The position numbers and the translations under genes are program-made. DNA of 64,000 nucleotides from Verrucomicrobiota bacterium (lineage in GTDB: Bacteria > Verrucomicrobiota > Verrucomicrobiia > Limisphaerales > Palsa-1400). The DNA lies in assembly GCA_049510745.1 (NCBI GenBank), contig JBEKYR010000003.1, forward strand, positions 96,001 through 160,000, read 5' to 3'. Below are positions 49,817 to 59,864 of the stretch, piece by piece (the stretch's first letter is position 1; each line of letters opens with the position of its first letter). Under the pieces are notes generated by a model that saw nothing but the letters and a program-made list of their open reading frames with translations, ran no database searches and was not told the DNA's origin.

Positions 49817-52800
49817 ATGAAATCTAGACTTCACAATCTGGTCCTCGTGCCGGCCTTGCTGGCGCTCTGCATTCTGCAATCCGCACTCACCACCGCGCGC
49901 GCCCAAGTCACGGCCTTCACCTATCAGGGCAACCTGAGCGACAACGGCCAGCCAGCCAATAACACCTACGACCTGACCTTCACGCTGTGGAACGCCAGCA
50001 GCACCAGCAGCGGCCAGACGGTCGGTGTCACGTTCACCAACTTGAATACGCCGGTGACCAACGGCCTCTTTGCGGTCACGCTGGATTTTAGCGCCAGCCC
50101 GCCGAACCCGCCGGGGACTCCGAACCCGTTCACGGGGGCGCCACTCTGGCTGCAAATCGGGGTGCGCGCCAGCAGCGCGGCGCCGGGCGGGTTGTTCACT
50201 GAGGTGAGTCCTCTGCAACCCATCCAAAGCTCGCCCTACGCCATTTTTGCCACCACGGCGGGCGCGGTCAGCGCGTCGCAATTGACCAGCGCCGGCAACG
50301 GCAATCCTGGCTCGTTTCCCCATTCAATGAGCATGGACAACTTTTTCGTCGGTCCGGCGGGCAATGCAACGATGGGTGGCTCCTACAACACGGCCTTGGG
50401 TGATTTTGCGCTTGCCGCCAACACCTTCGGCCAGGGGAACACGGCCATCGGCACCCATGCGCTGGAACAAAACACAACCGGCATCCGCAACACGGCCGAC
50501 GGCTACTACTCCCTTAACGCCAACACGACCGGCTCCGAGAACACAGGCCTGGGCATGGGTGCGCTGGAGGACTGCACCAACGGCAACAACAATATCGCGA
50601 TTGGCTATGAGGCCGGCGTGAATTTCAACGGGAACGAAAGCAGCAACATTGACATCGGACATTTCGGCGTGCAGGGCGAAAACAACACCATTCGCATCGG
50701 CAGCAGCCAGACCGCCACCTACATCGCGGGCGTCATCTACGGCAACGGCGCCGGGTTGACCAATGTCGGCACGCTGACCTTGCCTCCCACTATAATTACG
50801 AATGGCGAAAGCGGCGTGACCTTGAGCGGCGCTTTCACGGGGAACGGCAGCCAACTGACCAACCTCACGGTCAGCGCCGCGCAATTGATCAGCATCGGCA
50901 ATACCAACGCGGGCGCCTATGGCAACGTCTTCCTCGGTCCGGCGGCGGGCAATGCGACCACCAGCGGCTTTTACAACACGGCCATCGGCGCTAATGCCCT
51001 TGCTGACATCACCAGCGGCAGTGTCAACACGGCTTATGGTGCTTATGCCCTCGCGAACAACACGACCGGCTTCGAGAACGCGGCCATTGGCCACGGGGCG
51101 CTGTTCAACAACACGGACGGCGTCTACAACACAGCCAATGGCGCTTTTGCCCTGTACTCCAACATCGTTTCCGGAAACACGGCCACTGGCAATCATGCCA
51201 TGCAAAACAACGTCTATGGCCAAAACAACACCGCCAATGGCATTGATGCGCTTTACACCGACTTCACCGGCAATTACAACACCGCCGACGGCGCTGACGC
51301 GCTGCAGGGGAACATCAGCGGCTCCTATAATACCGCTCTGGGTTATCTGGCCGGCAGCCTCATCACCACCGGCAGTTCCAACATTGACATCGGCAACACG
51401 GGCTCTGCCAGCGACGCCAACATCATCCGCATCGGCAGCAGTCAGACGACCGCCTACATCGCGGGCGTCATCACCGGCAATGGAGCCGGATTGACCAACA
51501 TCAGCGCGTCGCAATTGCCTGCCGGTTTGGTGACGAACGGCGAAACAAACTTGACCTTGACCGGCACCTTCACCGGCAACGGCGGCGGCTTGACCAATCT
51601 CGGTGCTTCCAGCGGGTCCGAGAACACGGCCATCGGCAATGGTGCCCTTACTGCCAACACGAGCGGCTCCGGCAACACGGCCTATGGCAGTTACGCGCTT
51701 TATTCCACCACGACCGGCTCCGACAACACGGCCGTTGGCGACTCGGCGCTTCCCCGTAACGCCAGCGGCTGGTACAACACGGCCATTGGCAACGCAGCGC
51801 TTCTCCATAACACCAGCGGCAACAACAACACGGCCGATGGATTTGGTGCGCTTGAGGATAACACTAGCGGCAACAACAACACGGCTTTCGGCCGTGACGC
51901 GCTTTGCAATTTGGGCGGTTTGGTGCCCGCAACCCCCAGCGGCTCTAACAACATCGCGCTGGGCTATCAGGCCGGTTTCAGTTTCTCGGGGAACGAAAGC
52001 AGCAACATCGTCATCGGCAACATGGGCTCGCCGGGCGATCAAAACATCATCCGCATTGGCAGCAGCCAGACCGCCTCCTACATCGCGGGCATCTACGGGG
52101 TCAACCCTTCTGCCACCCCCTTGCCAGTGGTGATCAATGCCAATGGGCAGCTTGGCACCGGCACCGTGGGCAACGCTCAATTGGCCAATAGCTCCATAAC
52201 CATAACCGCAGGCACCGGGCTTTCCGGCGGTGGCACGGTGGCGCTGGGCGGGACGATTACACTCAACGCCAACGGCATCGACGTCGGCTCGAATCCGACT
52301 TTTAACGGCACCGTCTCGGCCAATGCCTTCTCGGGCGATGGCAACCAGTTGACCGATCTCAACGCCCAGCAATTGACTAGCGTTGGCAACGGCGGGGGTA
52401 ACTTCTTCGTCGGGCCACACACGGGCAACTCGGCGACGACTGGCTCCGACAACACGGCCGTTGGCGACGGGGCGCTTGTTTTTAACACCAGCGGCTGGTA
52501 CAACACGGCCATTGGCGACTCGGCGCTTCTCAATAACAACAGCGGCAACGGCAACACCGCTATCGGCTTTGGGGCGCTTAGCCAAATGGGCTATCTTGAT
52601 CTCACCCCACTCCCCAGCGGCACGAACAACATCGCCCTGGGGATTTGGTCAGGTTTTAGGTACATGGGGAACGAAAGCAGCAACATCGTCATCGGCAACG
52701 TGGGCTCGATAAACGATCAAAACATCATCCGCATCGGCGACAGCCAGACGGCGGCCTACATCGCGGGCGTCATCACCGGCGACGGCGGCGGTTTGACCAA

Positions 52801-53716
52801 TCTCGGAGCTTCCAGCGGGTCCGAGAACACGGCCATCGGCAATAGTGCGCTTACTGCCACCACGACCGGTTCCTTCAACACGGCCGTTGGCGGCTTGGCG
52901 CTTCTCAATAACACCAGCGGCTCGTACAACACGGCCATTGGCGACTCGGCGCTTATCGAGAACACCAGCGGCAACGGCAACACGGCCGATGGATTTAATG
53001 CGCTGGGGTTTAACACTAGCGGCAACAACAACACGGCTGTCGGCCGTGACGCGCTTTCCAATTTGGGCGGTTCGTCGGTGCCCGCAACCCCCAGCGGCTC
53101 TAACAACATCGCGCTGGGTAATCAGGCCGGTTTCAATTTCTGGGGGAACGAAAGCAGCAACATCGTCATCGGCAACCTCGGCTCGCCGGGCGATCAAAAC
53201 ATCATCCGCATCGGCAGCAATCAGACGGCGGCCTACATCGCAGGCATCAACGGAGCGACGGTCACGGGCGCGCCAGTCGTCATTGACCCTACCACCGGCC
53301 AGCTCGGCGTGACCACCTCTTCGGTGCGGTTCAAGGACGACATCCGCAGCATGGACGATGCGAGCGACGAGTTGCTTTCACTCCGGCCCGTCACGTTTCA
53401 CTACAAGGCAGGCCTTGATCCCAAAGCCAGGCCGCAATTCGGCCTTGTCGCCGAGGAAGTGGACAAGATTGACCCTGACCTCGTGTTGCGCGACAGCCAC
53501 AACCAGATTTTCACCGTCCGCTACGAAGCCGTCAACGCCATGCTCCTGAATGAATTCCTCAAACAACACAAAAAGGTCGAAACCCAGAGCAGGGAGATCG
53601 AAACGTTGAAGGATAAAGCCGGCAAAGTGGATGCGCTGGAAAAACAGAATGACGCCCTGACCGCCCGCTTGAATGACCTGGAAGCCGCCGTCAAAGCCCT
53701 CGCAGAAAGAAAATGA
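49817..53716 (+). CDS. Secreted fibre/adhesin with 14-aa beta-solenoid repeats and C-terminal peptidase S74 intramolecular chaperone
   Basis: Signal peptide; TAFTYQGNL N-domain; many NTAxGxxALxxNTxG repeats in five super-repeats; SSVRFKDDI...LRPVTFHYK...FGLVAEEV S74 motif then coiled coil. Confidence 0.85.
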   Translation: MKSRLHNLVLVPALLALCILQSALTTARAQVTAFTYQGNLSDNGQPANNTYDLTFTLWNASSTSSGQTVGVTFTNLNTPVTNGLFAVTLDFSASPPNPPGTPNPFTGAPLWLQIGVRASSAAPGGLFTEVSPLQPIQSSPYAIFATTAGAVSASQLTSAGNGNPGSFPHSMSMDNFFVGPAGNATMGGSYNTALGDFALAANTFGQGNTAIGTHALEQNTTGIRNTADGYYSLNANTTGSENTGLGMGALEDCTNGNNNIAIGYEAGVNFNGNESSNIDIGHFGVQGENNTIRIGSSQTATYIAGVIYGNGAGLTNVGTLTLPPTIITNGESGVTLSGAFTGNGSQLTNLTVSAAQLISIGNTNAGAYGNVFLGPAAGNATTSGFYNTAIGANALADITSGSVNTAYGAYALANNTTGFENAAIGHGALFNNTDGVYNTANGAFALYSNIVSGNTATGNHAMQNNVYGQNNTANGIDALYTDFTGNYNTADGADALQGNISGSYNTALGYLAGSLITTGSSNIDIGNTGSASDANIIRIGSSQTTAYIAGVITGNGAGLTNISASQLPAGLVTNGETNLTLTGTFTGNGGGLTNLGASSGSENTAIGNGALTANTSGSGNTAYGSYALYSTTTGSDNTAVGDSALPRNASGWYNTAIGNAALLHNTSGNNNTADGFGALEDNTSGNNNTAFGRDALCNLGGLVPATPSGSNNIALGYQAGFSFSGNESSNIVIGNMGSPGDQNIIRIGSSQTASYIAGIYGVNPSATPLPVVINANGQLGTGTVGNAQLANSSITITAGTGLSGGGTVALGGTITLNANGIDVGSNPTFNGTVSANAFSGDGNQLTDLNAQQLTSVGNGGGNFFVGPHTGNSATTGSDNTAVGDGALVFNTSGWYNTAIGDSALLNNNSGNGNTAIGFGALSQMGYLDLTPLPSGTNNIALGIWSGFRYMGNESSNIVIGNVGSINDQNIIRIGDSQTAAYIAGVITGDGGGLTNLGASSGSENTAIGNSALTATTTGSFNTAVGGLALLNNTSGSYNTAIGDSALIENTSGNGNTADGFNALGFNTSGNNNTAVGRDALSNLGGSSVPATPSGSNNIALGNQAGFNFWGNESSNIVIGNLGSPGDQNIIRIGSNQTAAYIAGINGATVTGAPVVIDPTTGQLGVTTSSVRFKDDIRSMDDASDELLSLRPVTFHYKAGLDPKARPQFGLVAEEVDKIDPDLVLRDSHNQIFTVRYEAVNAMLLNEFLKQHKKVETQSREIETLKDKAGKVDALEKQNDALTARLNDLEAAVKALAERK

Positions 53717-53723
53717 GGCATCC

Positions 53724-54170
53724 ATGAAAAAGTCGATTCTCTTATTTGGTTTGCTGCTGCCGGCCTTGAGCCAGGCGCAAAACTTTTCGATAAACTGGTA
53801 TAAAATCGCCGGCGGCGGCGGCGCCAGCACCAATGGCCAGTATGCCGTCACCGGCACGATTGGGCAGCCGGATGCCGGGATTGCCATGAGCGGCGGCAGT
53901 TACTCCGTGACCGGCGGTTTCTGGAGCATTATTTCCGTCGTGCAAACCGTCGGTGCGCCCAACCTGACCATCACGCATTCCGGTAGCAGTGTCATTGTCT
54001 CCTGGCCGAATACGGGTGCCTACACGTTGCAACAGAACAACAATCTGGCGGCAGCGGCGGGCTGGTCCACAAGCGGTTATCCCGTCACCACCAACTCCCC
54101 TGCTGGCACCAACAGCATCACGATCACACCGCCCACGGGAAGTTTATTTTTCCGCCTGGCCAATCCCTGA
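53724..54170 (+). CDS. Small secreted partner protein with C-terminal 'FFRL' domain
   Basis: Signal peptide; FSINWYKIAGGGG...GTIGQPDAG...GGFW N-domain; starts 7 bp after the fibre stop. Confidence 0.85.
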   Translation: MKKSILLFGLLLPALSQAQNFSINWYKIAGGGGASTNGQYAVTGTIGQPDAGIAMSGGSYSVTGGFWSIISVVQTVGAPNLTITHSGSSVIVSWPNTGAYTLQQNNNLAAAAGWSTSGYPVTTNSPAGTNSITITPPTGSLFFRLANP

Positions 54171-54280
54171 GACGCTTCAAGCAAAGTAGCTGACGGCTGA
54201 AGCCTGACGTGCTCCGTCCGGTTTCAGGTCATTTCCACGCCCGCATCCGAAAAATCCATCCGCATATTCACACCGGCATT

Positions 54281-54330
54281 TTCACCCCATTTTCACACCG
54301 GCGCTCGTGAATCGTAACAAGAACGTAACA
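54281..54330 (+). promoter_or_regulatory. Pho-box-like array of four 11-bp-phased half-sites
   Basis: TTCACC 54281, TTCACA 54292, GTAACA 54314, GTAACA 54325, upstream of the porin gene. Confidence 0.65.
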
Positions 54331-54374
54331 TTGTCACCATAATTCCGCCACAATCCACTTTTAATATCGCGCCA

Positions 54375-55928
54375 ATGCAGAATAAAAAGAACCCCCCCCT
54401 GTTCGCCCGTGTCGCCCGTTGGCTTGGAGCGTTCGCCCTGCTGGCGATGAGCATCGGAGCCGGCGCGCAATCATCCGACGCGCTTTTGGACCTCTTTGTC
54501 AAAAAGGGGATCGTGACCCAGGAGGAAGCGCAGCAGCTCCGAGCCGAGGCGCAGGCCAGCCGAACCAACAACCCGTCCGCCTCCGCCTCAAAATGGAAAA
54601 TCGGCAACGGCATCAACAGCGTGGAGCTTTTTGGCGACATCCGATTGCGCTTTGAAGACCGCCAGGTGCATACGCCGATTGGCGACCGGCTGGAGCTGGG
54701 CCGCTATCGCTACGCTTTGCGCTTGGGCCTGCGCGGAGACTTGGTGGATGATTTCTATTACGGCCTCCGGCTCGAAACCGCATCCAACCCGCGCTCGCCC
54801 TGGGTCACATTTGGCACCTCGTCCAGCGGTGTTCCCTATCAAGGTCCGTTTGGCAAATCCACGGCCGGAATCAACCTCGGCCAAGTATATGTCGGCTGGC
54901 GGCCCGCAAGCTGGGTGGACATCGAACTGGGCAAAATGCCGAACCCGCTTTACACCACGCCCATGACCTGGGACACCGACCTCAATCCCGAAGGGGCGGC
55001 GGAGCGGTTCAAGTACACGGTCGGCCCCGTCGATTTTTTCGCCACCTTCGGGCAGTTTGTGTATGAGGACGTCAACCCCAACCGCACGACGCCTTTTTTG
55101 ACGCCGGCCGTCCCGTTCGGCCGGGACGCAAACACGCCGTTCCTTCTGTCGTGGCAGGGCGGTTTCAATTTCAATTTTACAAAGGATATATCCTTCAAGG
55201 CCGCCGCCACGCTTTACAATTATACCGGACGAGGCGGAGTGACCAATTCGACGGCTGGGTTTTCTGATATTTTTGTCGGAGAATCCACTCTCACTCCAAA
55301 CAGTTCTGTCGCAGGCTCCAGCGGCTACCCGAGCGGGCCTAATGACGGTTTCATCTTCAACCAAACCGGAATCAACGATTTGCTCATCCTGGACTTCCCG
55401 TTCGAACTGAACTTTAAGATCGCCAAATATCGCGCCAGGATGTTTGGCGACTTTGCCGAAAACCTGGACGGCGAGCAACGCGCGGAGGCGGCGGTGGCGA
55501 TGGGGGCAAACGCTCTTGTCAACAATTCGGGTGGATACACGGTGACGATCCCGCTGCAAAAATACGAGAACAAGGCCTATCAATTCGGCCTGGCCGTCGG
55601 CAATGATGACGCCTTGGGCATCGCTTATGGAACCACCGTGAAGAAGAACACCTGGGAGGCCCGGGCTTATTGGCAGCACGTCGAGCAATACGCATTGGAC
55701 CCCAATCTCATGGACTCCGACTTTTTTGAAGGCCGTGCAAATCTTCAGGGGGTTTACGCCGCCTTCGCCTACGGATTCACCGACGCCCTTATTGGAACCT
55801 TCCGCTACGGCTACGCCAGCCGCATCGACAGCAAACTCGGCACCGGCGGCAGCAATCAAGATATTCCCCAAGTCAATCCCATCCAGCGGTATCAACTGTT
55901 CCAACTGGATTTAACCTTAAAATTCTGA
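54375..55928 (+). CDS. Putative outer-membrane porin (Porin_5-like)
   Basis: LLDLFVKKGIVTQEEA N-terminal plug, FGDIRLRFE, RYALRLG, WDTDLNPEG, DSDFFEG, FQLDLTLKF terminal strand. Confidence 0.85.
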   Translation: MQNKKNPPLFARVARWLGAFALLAMSIGAGAQSSDALLDLFVKKGIVTQEEAQQLRAEAQASRTNNPSASASKWKIGNGINSVELFGDIRLRFEDRQVHTPIGDRLELGRYRYALRLGLRGDLVDDFYYGLRLETASNPRSPWVTFGTSSSGVPYQGPFGKSTAGINLGQVYVGWRPASWVDIELGKMPNPLYTTPMTWDTDLNPEGAAERFKYTVGPVDFFATFGQFVYEDVNPNRTTPFLTPAVPFGRDANTPFLLSWQGGFNFNFTKDISFKAAATLYNYTGRGGVTNSTAGFSDIFVGESTLTPNSSVAGSSGYPSGPNDGFIFNQTGINDLLILDFPFELNFKIAKYRARMFGDFAENLDGEQRAEAAVAMGANALVNNSGGYTVTIPLQKYENKAYQFGLAVGNDDALGIAYGTTVKKNTWEARAYWQHVEQYALDPNLMDSDFFEGRANLQGVYAAFAYGFTDALIGTFRYGYASRIDSKLGTGGSNQDIPQVNPIQRYQLFQLDLTLKF

Positions 55929-56006
55929 ACTCATCCGGGCTTCCGGCAGGCCGCATGAAATGACTTCCCGCGCGGATAAAGCGTGAGAAAGCGCCCGAAT
56001 TGACGC

Positions 56007-56116
56007 TTGACGCAGTCGGCGGGACCTGATGTAATGCGATAAGTCTGGATTATACTTGCGTTCCACCGGGTCGGAACGCTTGACAGGCCAGGCGGAAGAT
56101 GATGTAATGCGGTAAG
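56007..56116 (+). promoter_or_regulatory. Two tandem sigma70 promoters with extended -10
   Basis: TTGACG-N17-TGTAAT (56007-56035) and TTGACA-N17-TGTAAT (56080-56108), both with TGn extension and GCGRTAAG downstream. Confidence 0.75.
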
Positions 56117-56343
56117 CTAAAATTCATGTGAATTTACCGGTACAGGAAAATCAGTGCTGACATCGACCGTCAGGGCCGCCATTTCCTGAAAAAATGCGAT
56201 GAGAATGGGTGCGATAAACACGTTAGTCTTTGCGAGGCAACATCTTCCAGGCTCAGCCGGATTAAGCGCGCGGCTGTCCGCGACAGCCCTTTCGGCACAG
56301 CCCGGCGCCCGATTTTAAGCGAGTGTCTTTCCTTGCCCCAAAC

Positions 56344-56922
56344 ATGCATGCTTCGAATCTATCATGGTATTGCGCGAGAACGAAACCCAAGAACGAACAC
56401 ATCGCGGCGGCCAACGTGAGCAAAAGGCTCGGTTTGGAAGTCTTTCATCCGCGCTTGCGCCTGGAGCGGGCCACCCGGCGGGGGATGATGCGAGTCGTTG
56501 AACCCCTGTTTCCGTGCTACATCTTTGTACGCTGTCTGTTTGAACGTCATGCCGATGAGATTCGGCATGTCACGGGCATCAGCAGCTTGGTGCATTTTGG
56601 GCAGAAGATACCGGCGGTGCCGGATGCGGCGATTGCAGAATTGAAGCAATGCTTTGAATCTGAGGCACCTATGGTGGTTAAGGATGGGGTGGTGCCCGGT
56701 GTCGAAGTCACGATTGTCGAGGGTTCTTTGATGGGTTTTTCCGGGATGGTGGTTCGGACTTTATCAGCCGGGCAAAGGGTACAGATATTGCTGGACTTCT
56801 TGGGTCGCATTACTTTAGCGGAAATTGATCGGAGATCGTTGAGAGTGGAGAATCGGACCGCAGCCGACCGCCTCCCACTATTGGCGACAGCCGGCTTGCC
56901 GGATGTCGCGGTAGCGGGGTGA
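56344..56922 (+). CDS. RfaH/UpxY-like NusG-family antiterminator
   Basis: WYCARTKPKNE, EPLFPCYIFV, VHFG, KOW GVEVTIVEG...FSG, RVQILLDFLG; heads a polysaccharide locus. Confidence 0.9.
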   Translation: MHASNLSWYCARTKPKNEHIAAANVSKRLGLEVFHPRLRLERATRRGMMRVVEPLFPCYIFVRCLFERHADEIRHVTGISSLVHFGQKIPAVPDAAIAELKQCFESEAPMVVKDGVVPGVEVTIVEGSLMGFSGMVVRTLSAGQRVQILLDFLGRITLAEIDRRSLRVENRTAADRLPLLATAGLPDVAVAG

Positions 56923-57350
56923 TGTCGGGGGCGAGAGAGACACCCGGTTTTTCATCGGGGGAAAAGCAGAGCAGTTCAAACCGAGAGCGAAAAAGTTGGC
57001 GAAATAGAGACACGCCAGCAAGTGCGGAGCATTATTCTCTTGCGCTTTTGAACTCTCGTGATACTGTTAACGCTAAGGCGTAATCCGTTTGATACACGCG
57101 TAAATTGAGCACACAGGCTGTTGCCCGCGGTGGGCTTGTCGGCCTTATTTGCGGATTAGCGTGAAGCTATCGACGGGCGGTTCGCGGAGCGGACCCTGCC
57201 GGGCGAACTATTCTGTTCGCCGGGTTTGGGCCTCGATCCCGGACGAAAACATCTTATTCCAAACTATTCCGGACTGCCGGGACGCGCTCAAGCGCCGGGG
57301 GTCGTCGGATCCCACCTCGGAGCCATTTTGCCTGGGCTCCAACCAAATTC

Positions 57351-58163
57351 ATGCCTAAAACAAATCAACTTGCGACCTCGCGCGTACCCTGCGTGGAGGC
57401 GGCCACGCCTTCTGAACTGGAGACGGAGGTCCTGCCTGCGCAATTCCCATCGTGGAAACGGGTCCTGGACGTCACTTGCGTCCTTCTGTCCCTTCCCATT
57501 CTGATACCGGTGGGGATTGTCCTGGGCGTGTTCATCAAAATCGTTTCGCCGGGGCCGGCCTTTTTCCGGCAGCAGCGAGTCGGCTATTCTGGCAAGCGCT
57601 TCATGTGCCTGAAGTTTCGGACGATGAAAGTCAACTCCGACGACACTGTTCATCAAGCGCATCTGAAGCAGTTGATGACATCCAACCGCCCGACGCGCAA
57701 GTTGGATTGCGGGGGCGATTCCCGGCTCATCCCGGGCGGACTGCTGCTGCGGTCGATGGGTGTGGATGAGTTGCCGCAACTGATCAACGTGCTCCGCCGC
57801 GAGATGAGCCTGGTCGGTCCCCGGCCCTGCACGCCGTACGAATTTGATTTGTATTCCCCGCGCCACAAGCAGCGCTGCGGAGCGCCGCCGGGATTGACGG
57901 GTTTGTGGCAGATCAGCGGGAAGAACCGGACGACGTTCGAAGAGATGATCAATTTGGACCTGCGTTACGTCGAGCGCATGTCGCCGTGGCTGGACCTTAA
58001 GATCATGGCCCTGACACCTCTGGCGATTTTGGCGTTGGTTTGGGAGACGAAGGTTCTGGGCAAAGCCGGAAAGCGCCAGCCGCCCGCGGTGGTGGAACAT
58101 CGGCCGGTTTACCAGGAGAAGGCCCCTGCCCGATTCCCTGGAACGGTTCCTGCTAATGAGTGA
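57351..58163 (+). CDS. Initiating sugar-phosphate transferase (WcaJ/WbaP C-terminal type)
   Basis: KRVLD, FFRQQRVG, KFRTM, DELPQLINVL, MSLVGPRP, PGLTGLWQ. Confidence 0.93.
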   Translation: MPKTNQLATSRVPCVEAATPSELETEVLPAQFPSWKRVLDVTCVLLSLPILIPVGIVLGVFIKIVSPGPAFFRQQRVGYSGKRFMCLKFRTMKVNSDDTVHQAHLKQLMTSNRPTRKLDCGGDSRLIPGGLLLRSMGVDELPQLINVLRREMSLVGPRPCTPYEFDLYSPRHKQRCGAPPGLTGLWQISGKNRTTFEEMINLDLRYVERMSPWLDLKIMALTPLAILALVWETKVLGKAGKRQPPAVVEHRPVYQEKAPARFPGTVPANE

Positions 58164-58186
58164 TTGATCGCAAAACAGAGAAACCT

Positions 58187-59329
58187 ATGTCTAAGCAAAC
58201 AAAAGTTGGCGTTGTTGGTTGCGGCTACTGGGGGCCAAATCTGGTGCGGAATTTTCGCTCCCTGCCCGATTGCCAGTTGAGAATGATGTGCGACATCAGC
58301 AAGGACCGGCTCAAACATTTGACCTCCCTGTACCCGGATGTGGAAGGCGACGTCGATTACGACCACATGCTCAACGGCGTGGGGTTGGATGCCGTGGTGG
58401 TCGCCACCTCTGTCAAGCTCCATTACCCCATGGCCAAGGCGGCCCTGCTTTCGGGCAAACATACTTTCATTGAGAAGCCGATGGCGACCTCCTCCGAGCA
58501 ATGCTCGGAGTTGGTGGAAATCGCCCGGCAAAAGGGCTTGGTGCTCATGGTCGGGCATACCTTTCTCTATTCACCCGCGGTGCGCAAGATCAAGGAGATC
58601 GTGGACCGGGGGGACTTGGGCGAAATCCGCTACGTTTGCGCCCGCCGCCTCAACCTGGGCCTGTTCCAGAAGGACATCAACGTGGCGTGGGATTTGGCGC
58701 CGCACGACATCTCAATCATTCTTCACCTGCTCGAACAGTTTCCGATCAGCGTTAATTGCCGCGGCAGCGCGCACGTCACCCCGGGGATCGAAGACGTGAC
58801 CTCGATGAGCCTGACTTTCAAGAACGACCGCTCCGCCATTATCCACAGCAGTTGGCTCGACCCGCGCAAGGTGCGCGAAATGACCATCGTCGGCAGCAAG
58901 CGGATGATCGTCTATGATGACGTGGCGCTCCAGGAAAAAATCCGGGTCTTTGACGCCCGCGTCGAGCGTCCGCCGCACTATGACACTTTTGCCGAGTTCC
59001 ACTACGCCTATCACTACGGCGACACTTATTCCCCGTACATCAAACAAGAGGAACCGCTCAAGACCGAATGCCAGCATTTCCTGGATTGCATCCAGAACGG
59101 CAAGGAACCGCTGACCAACGGCGCCCGCGGCACCGAACTGGTCAGAATCCTCGAAGCCTCCTCGCAGTCCCTCAAGCTCGGCGGCGGCCAGGTTCTTCTG
59201 CACCACCCGGAGCCGGTGCGCTCGCCCGCCAGCAACGGCGCGGCCGCCCAGGGCCGGATCAGCAAGGACAAAGACGGCAAGTTTCACATCCCGGTCGGCA
59301 CCGTGCCCGAATCCCGCGTCGCTCTGTAA
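58187..59329 (+). CDS. Gfo/Idh/MocA oxidoreductase (WbpB/WlbA-like nucleotide-sugar dehydrogenase)
   Basis: VGCGYWGPNL, EKPMA, MVGHTF, WDLAPHD; clustered with acetyl- and aminotransferase genes. Confidence 0.85.
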   Translation: MSKQTKVGVVGCGYWGPNLVRNFRSLPDCQLRMMCDISKDRLKHLTSLYPDVEGDVDYDHMLNGVGLDAVVVATSVKLHYPMAKAALLSGKHTFIEKPMATSSEQCSELVEIARQKGLVLMVGHTFLYSPAVRKIKEIVDRGDLGEIRYVCARRLNLGLFQKDINVAWDLAPHDISIILHLLEQFPISVNCRGSAHVTPGIEDVTSMSLTFKNDRSAIIHSSWLDPRKVREMTIVGSKRMIVYDDVALQEKIRVFDARVERPPHYDTFAEFHYAYHYGDTYSPYIKQEEPLKTECQHFLDCIQNGKEPLTNGARGTELVRILEASSQSLKLGGGQVLLHHPEPVRSPASNGAAAQGRISKDKDGKFHIPVGTVPESRVAL

Positions 59330-59341
59330 GGCCTTCCGCGT

Positions 59342-59851
59342 ATGAGACACGTTCAACCGGAGACGCAGCCGTTCCGCCAGATCGCTGCGGACGTGAAGTT
59401 GGGCAAGGGCGTCCGTATCTTCGGCTTCACCAACCTTTACGGGTGCGAGATCGGAGACGACGTCAAGATTGGCACGTTCGTCGAAATCCAAAAAGGCGCC
59501 CGTATCGGGTCCCGCTGCAAAATTTCCAGCCACACTTTTATTTGCGAAGGCGTCGTCTTGGAGGACGAGGTGTTCGTCGGCCACAACGTCACCTTCATCA
59601 ACGACCTCTATCCCCGTTCGACCAATGGCGACGGGAAGCTTCAGACCGAAGCGGATTGGAAGTGCGTTCCCACCCACGTCAAAAAGGGGGCTTCCATCGG
59701 TTCGGGCGCGACCCTTCTGTGTGGGATCACCGTCGGGCCCAGGGCCGTGGTTGGCGCCGGCAGCGTGGTGACACGCGACGTGCCGGCAGACGCGATTGTG
59801 GCTGGCAACCCGGCTCGAGTTCTCCGCATGGTCAGTCCGGCAGGAAAATGA
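59342..59851 (+). CDS. Hexapeptide-repeat acetyltransferase (WbpD/WlbB-like)
   Basis: Left-handed beta-helix repeats, FINDLYP, GASIGSGAT, VAGNPAR. Confidence 0.9.
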   Translation: MRHVQPETQPFRQIAADVKLGKGVRIFGFTNLYGCEIGDDVKIGTFVEIQKGARIGSRCKISSHTFICEGVVLEDEVFVGHNVTFINDLYPRSTNGDGKLQTEADWKCVPTHVKKGASIGSGATLLCGITVGPRAVVGAGSVVTRDVPADAIVAGNPARVLRMVSPAGK

Positions 59852-59864
59852 AGATCAAAGAAAT

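Noticed and set aside
49817..53716. Prophage tail gene or DGR target
   Set aside because: Has a Sec signal peptide and no phage neighbours; no reverse transcriptase or non-coding template repeat, and both repeat copies are in-frame coding
56923..57350. Riboswitch or ncRNA in the long EPS leader
   Set aside because: No recognisable aptamer consensus by eye; an Rfam/Infernal scan would be needed
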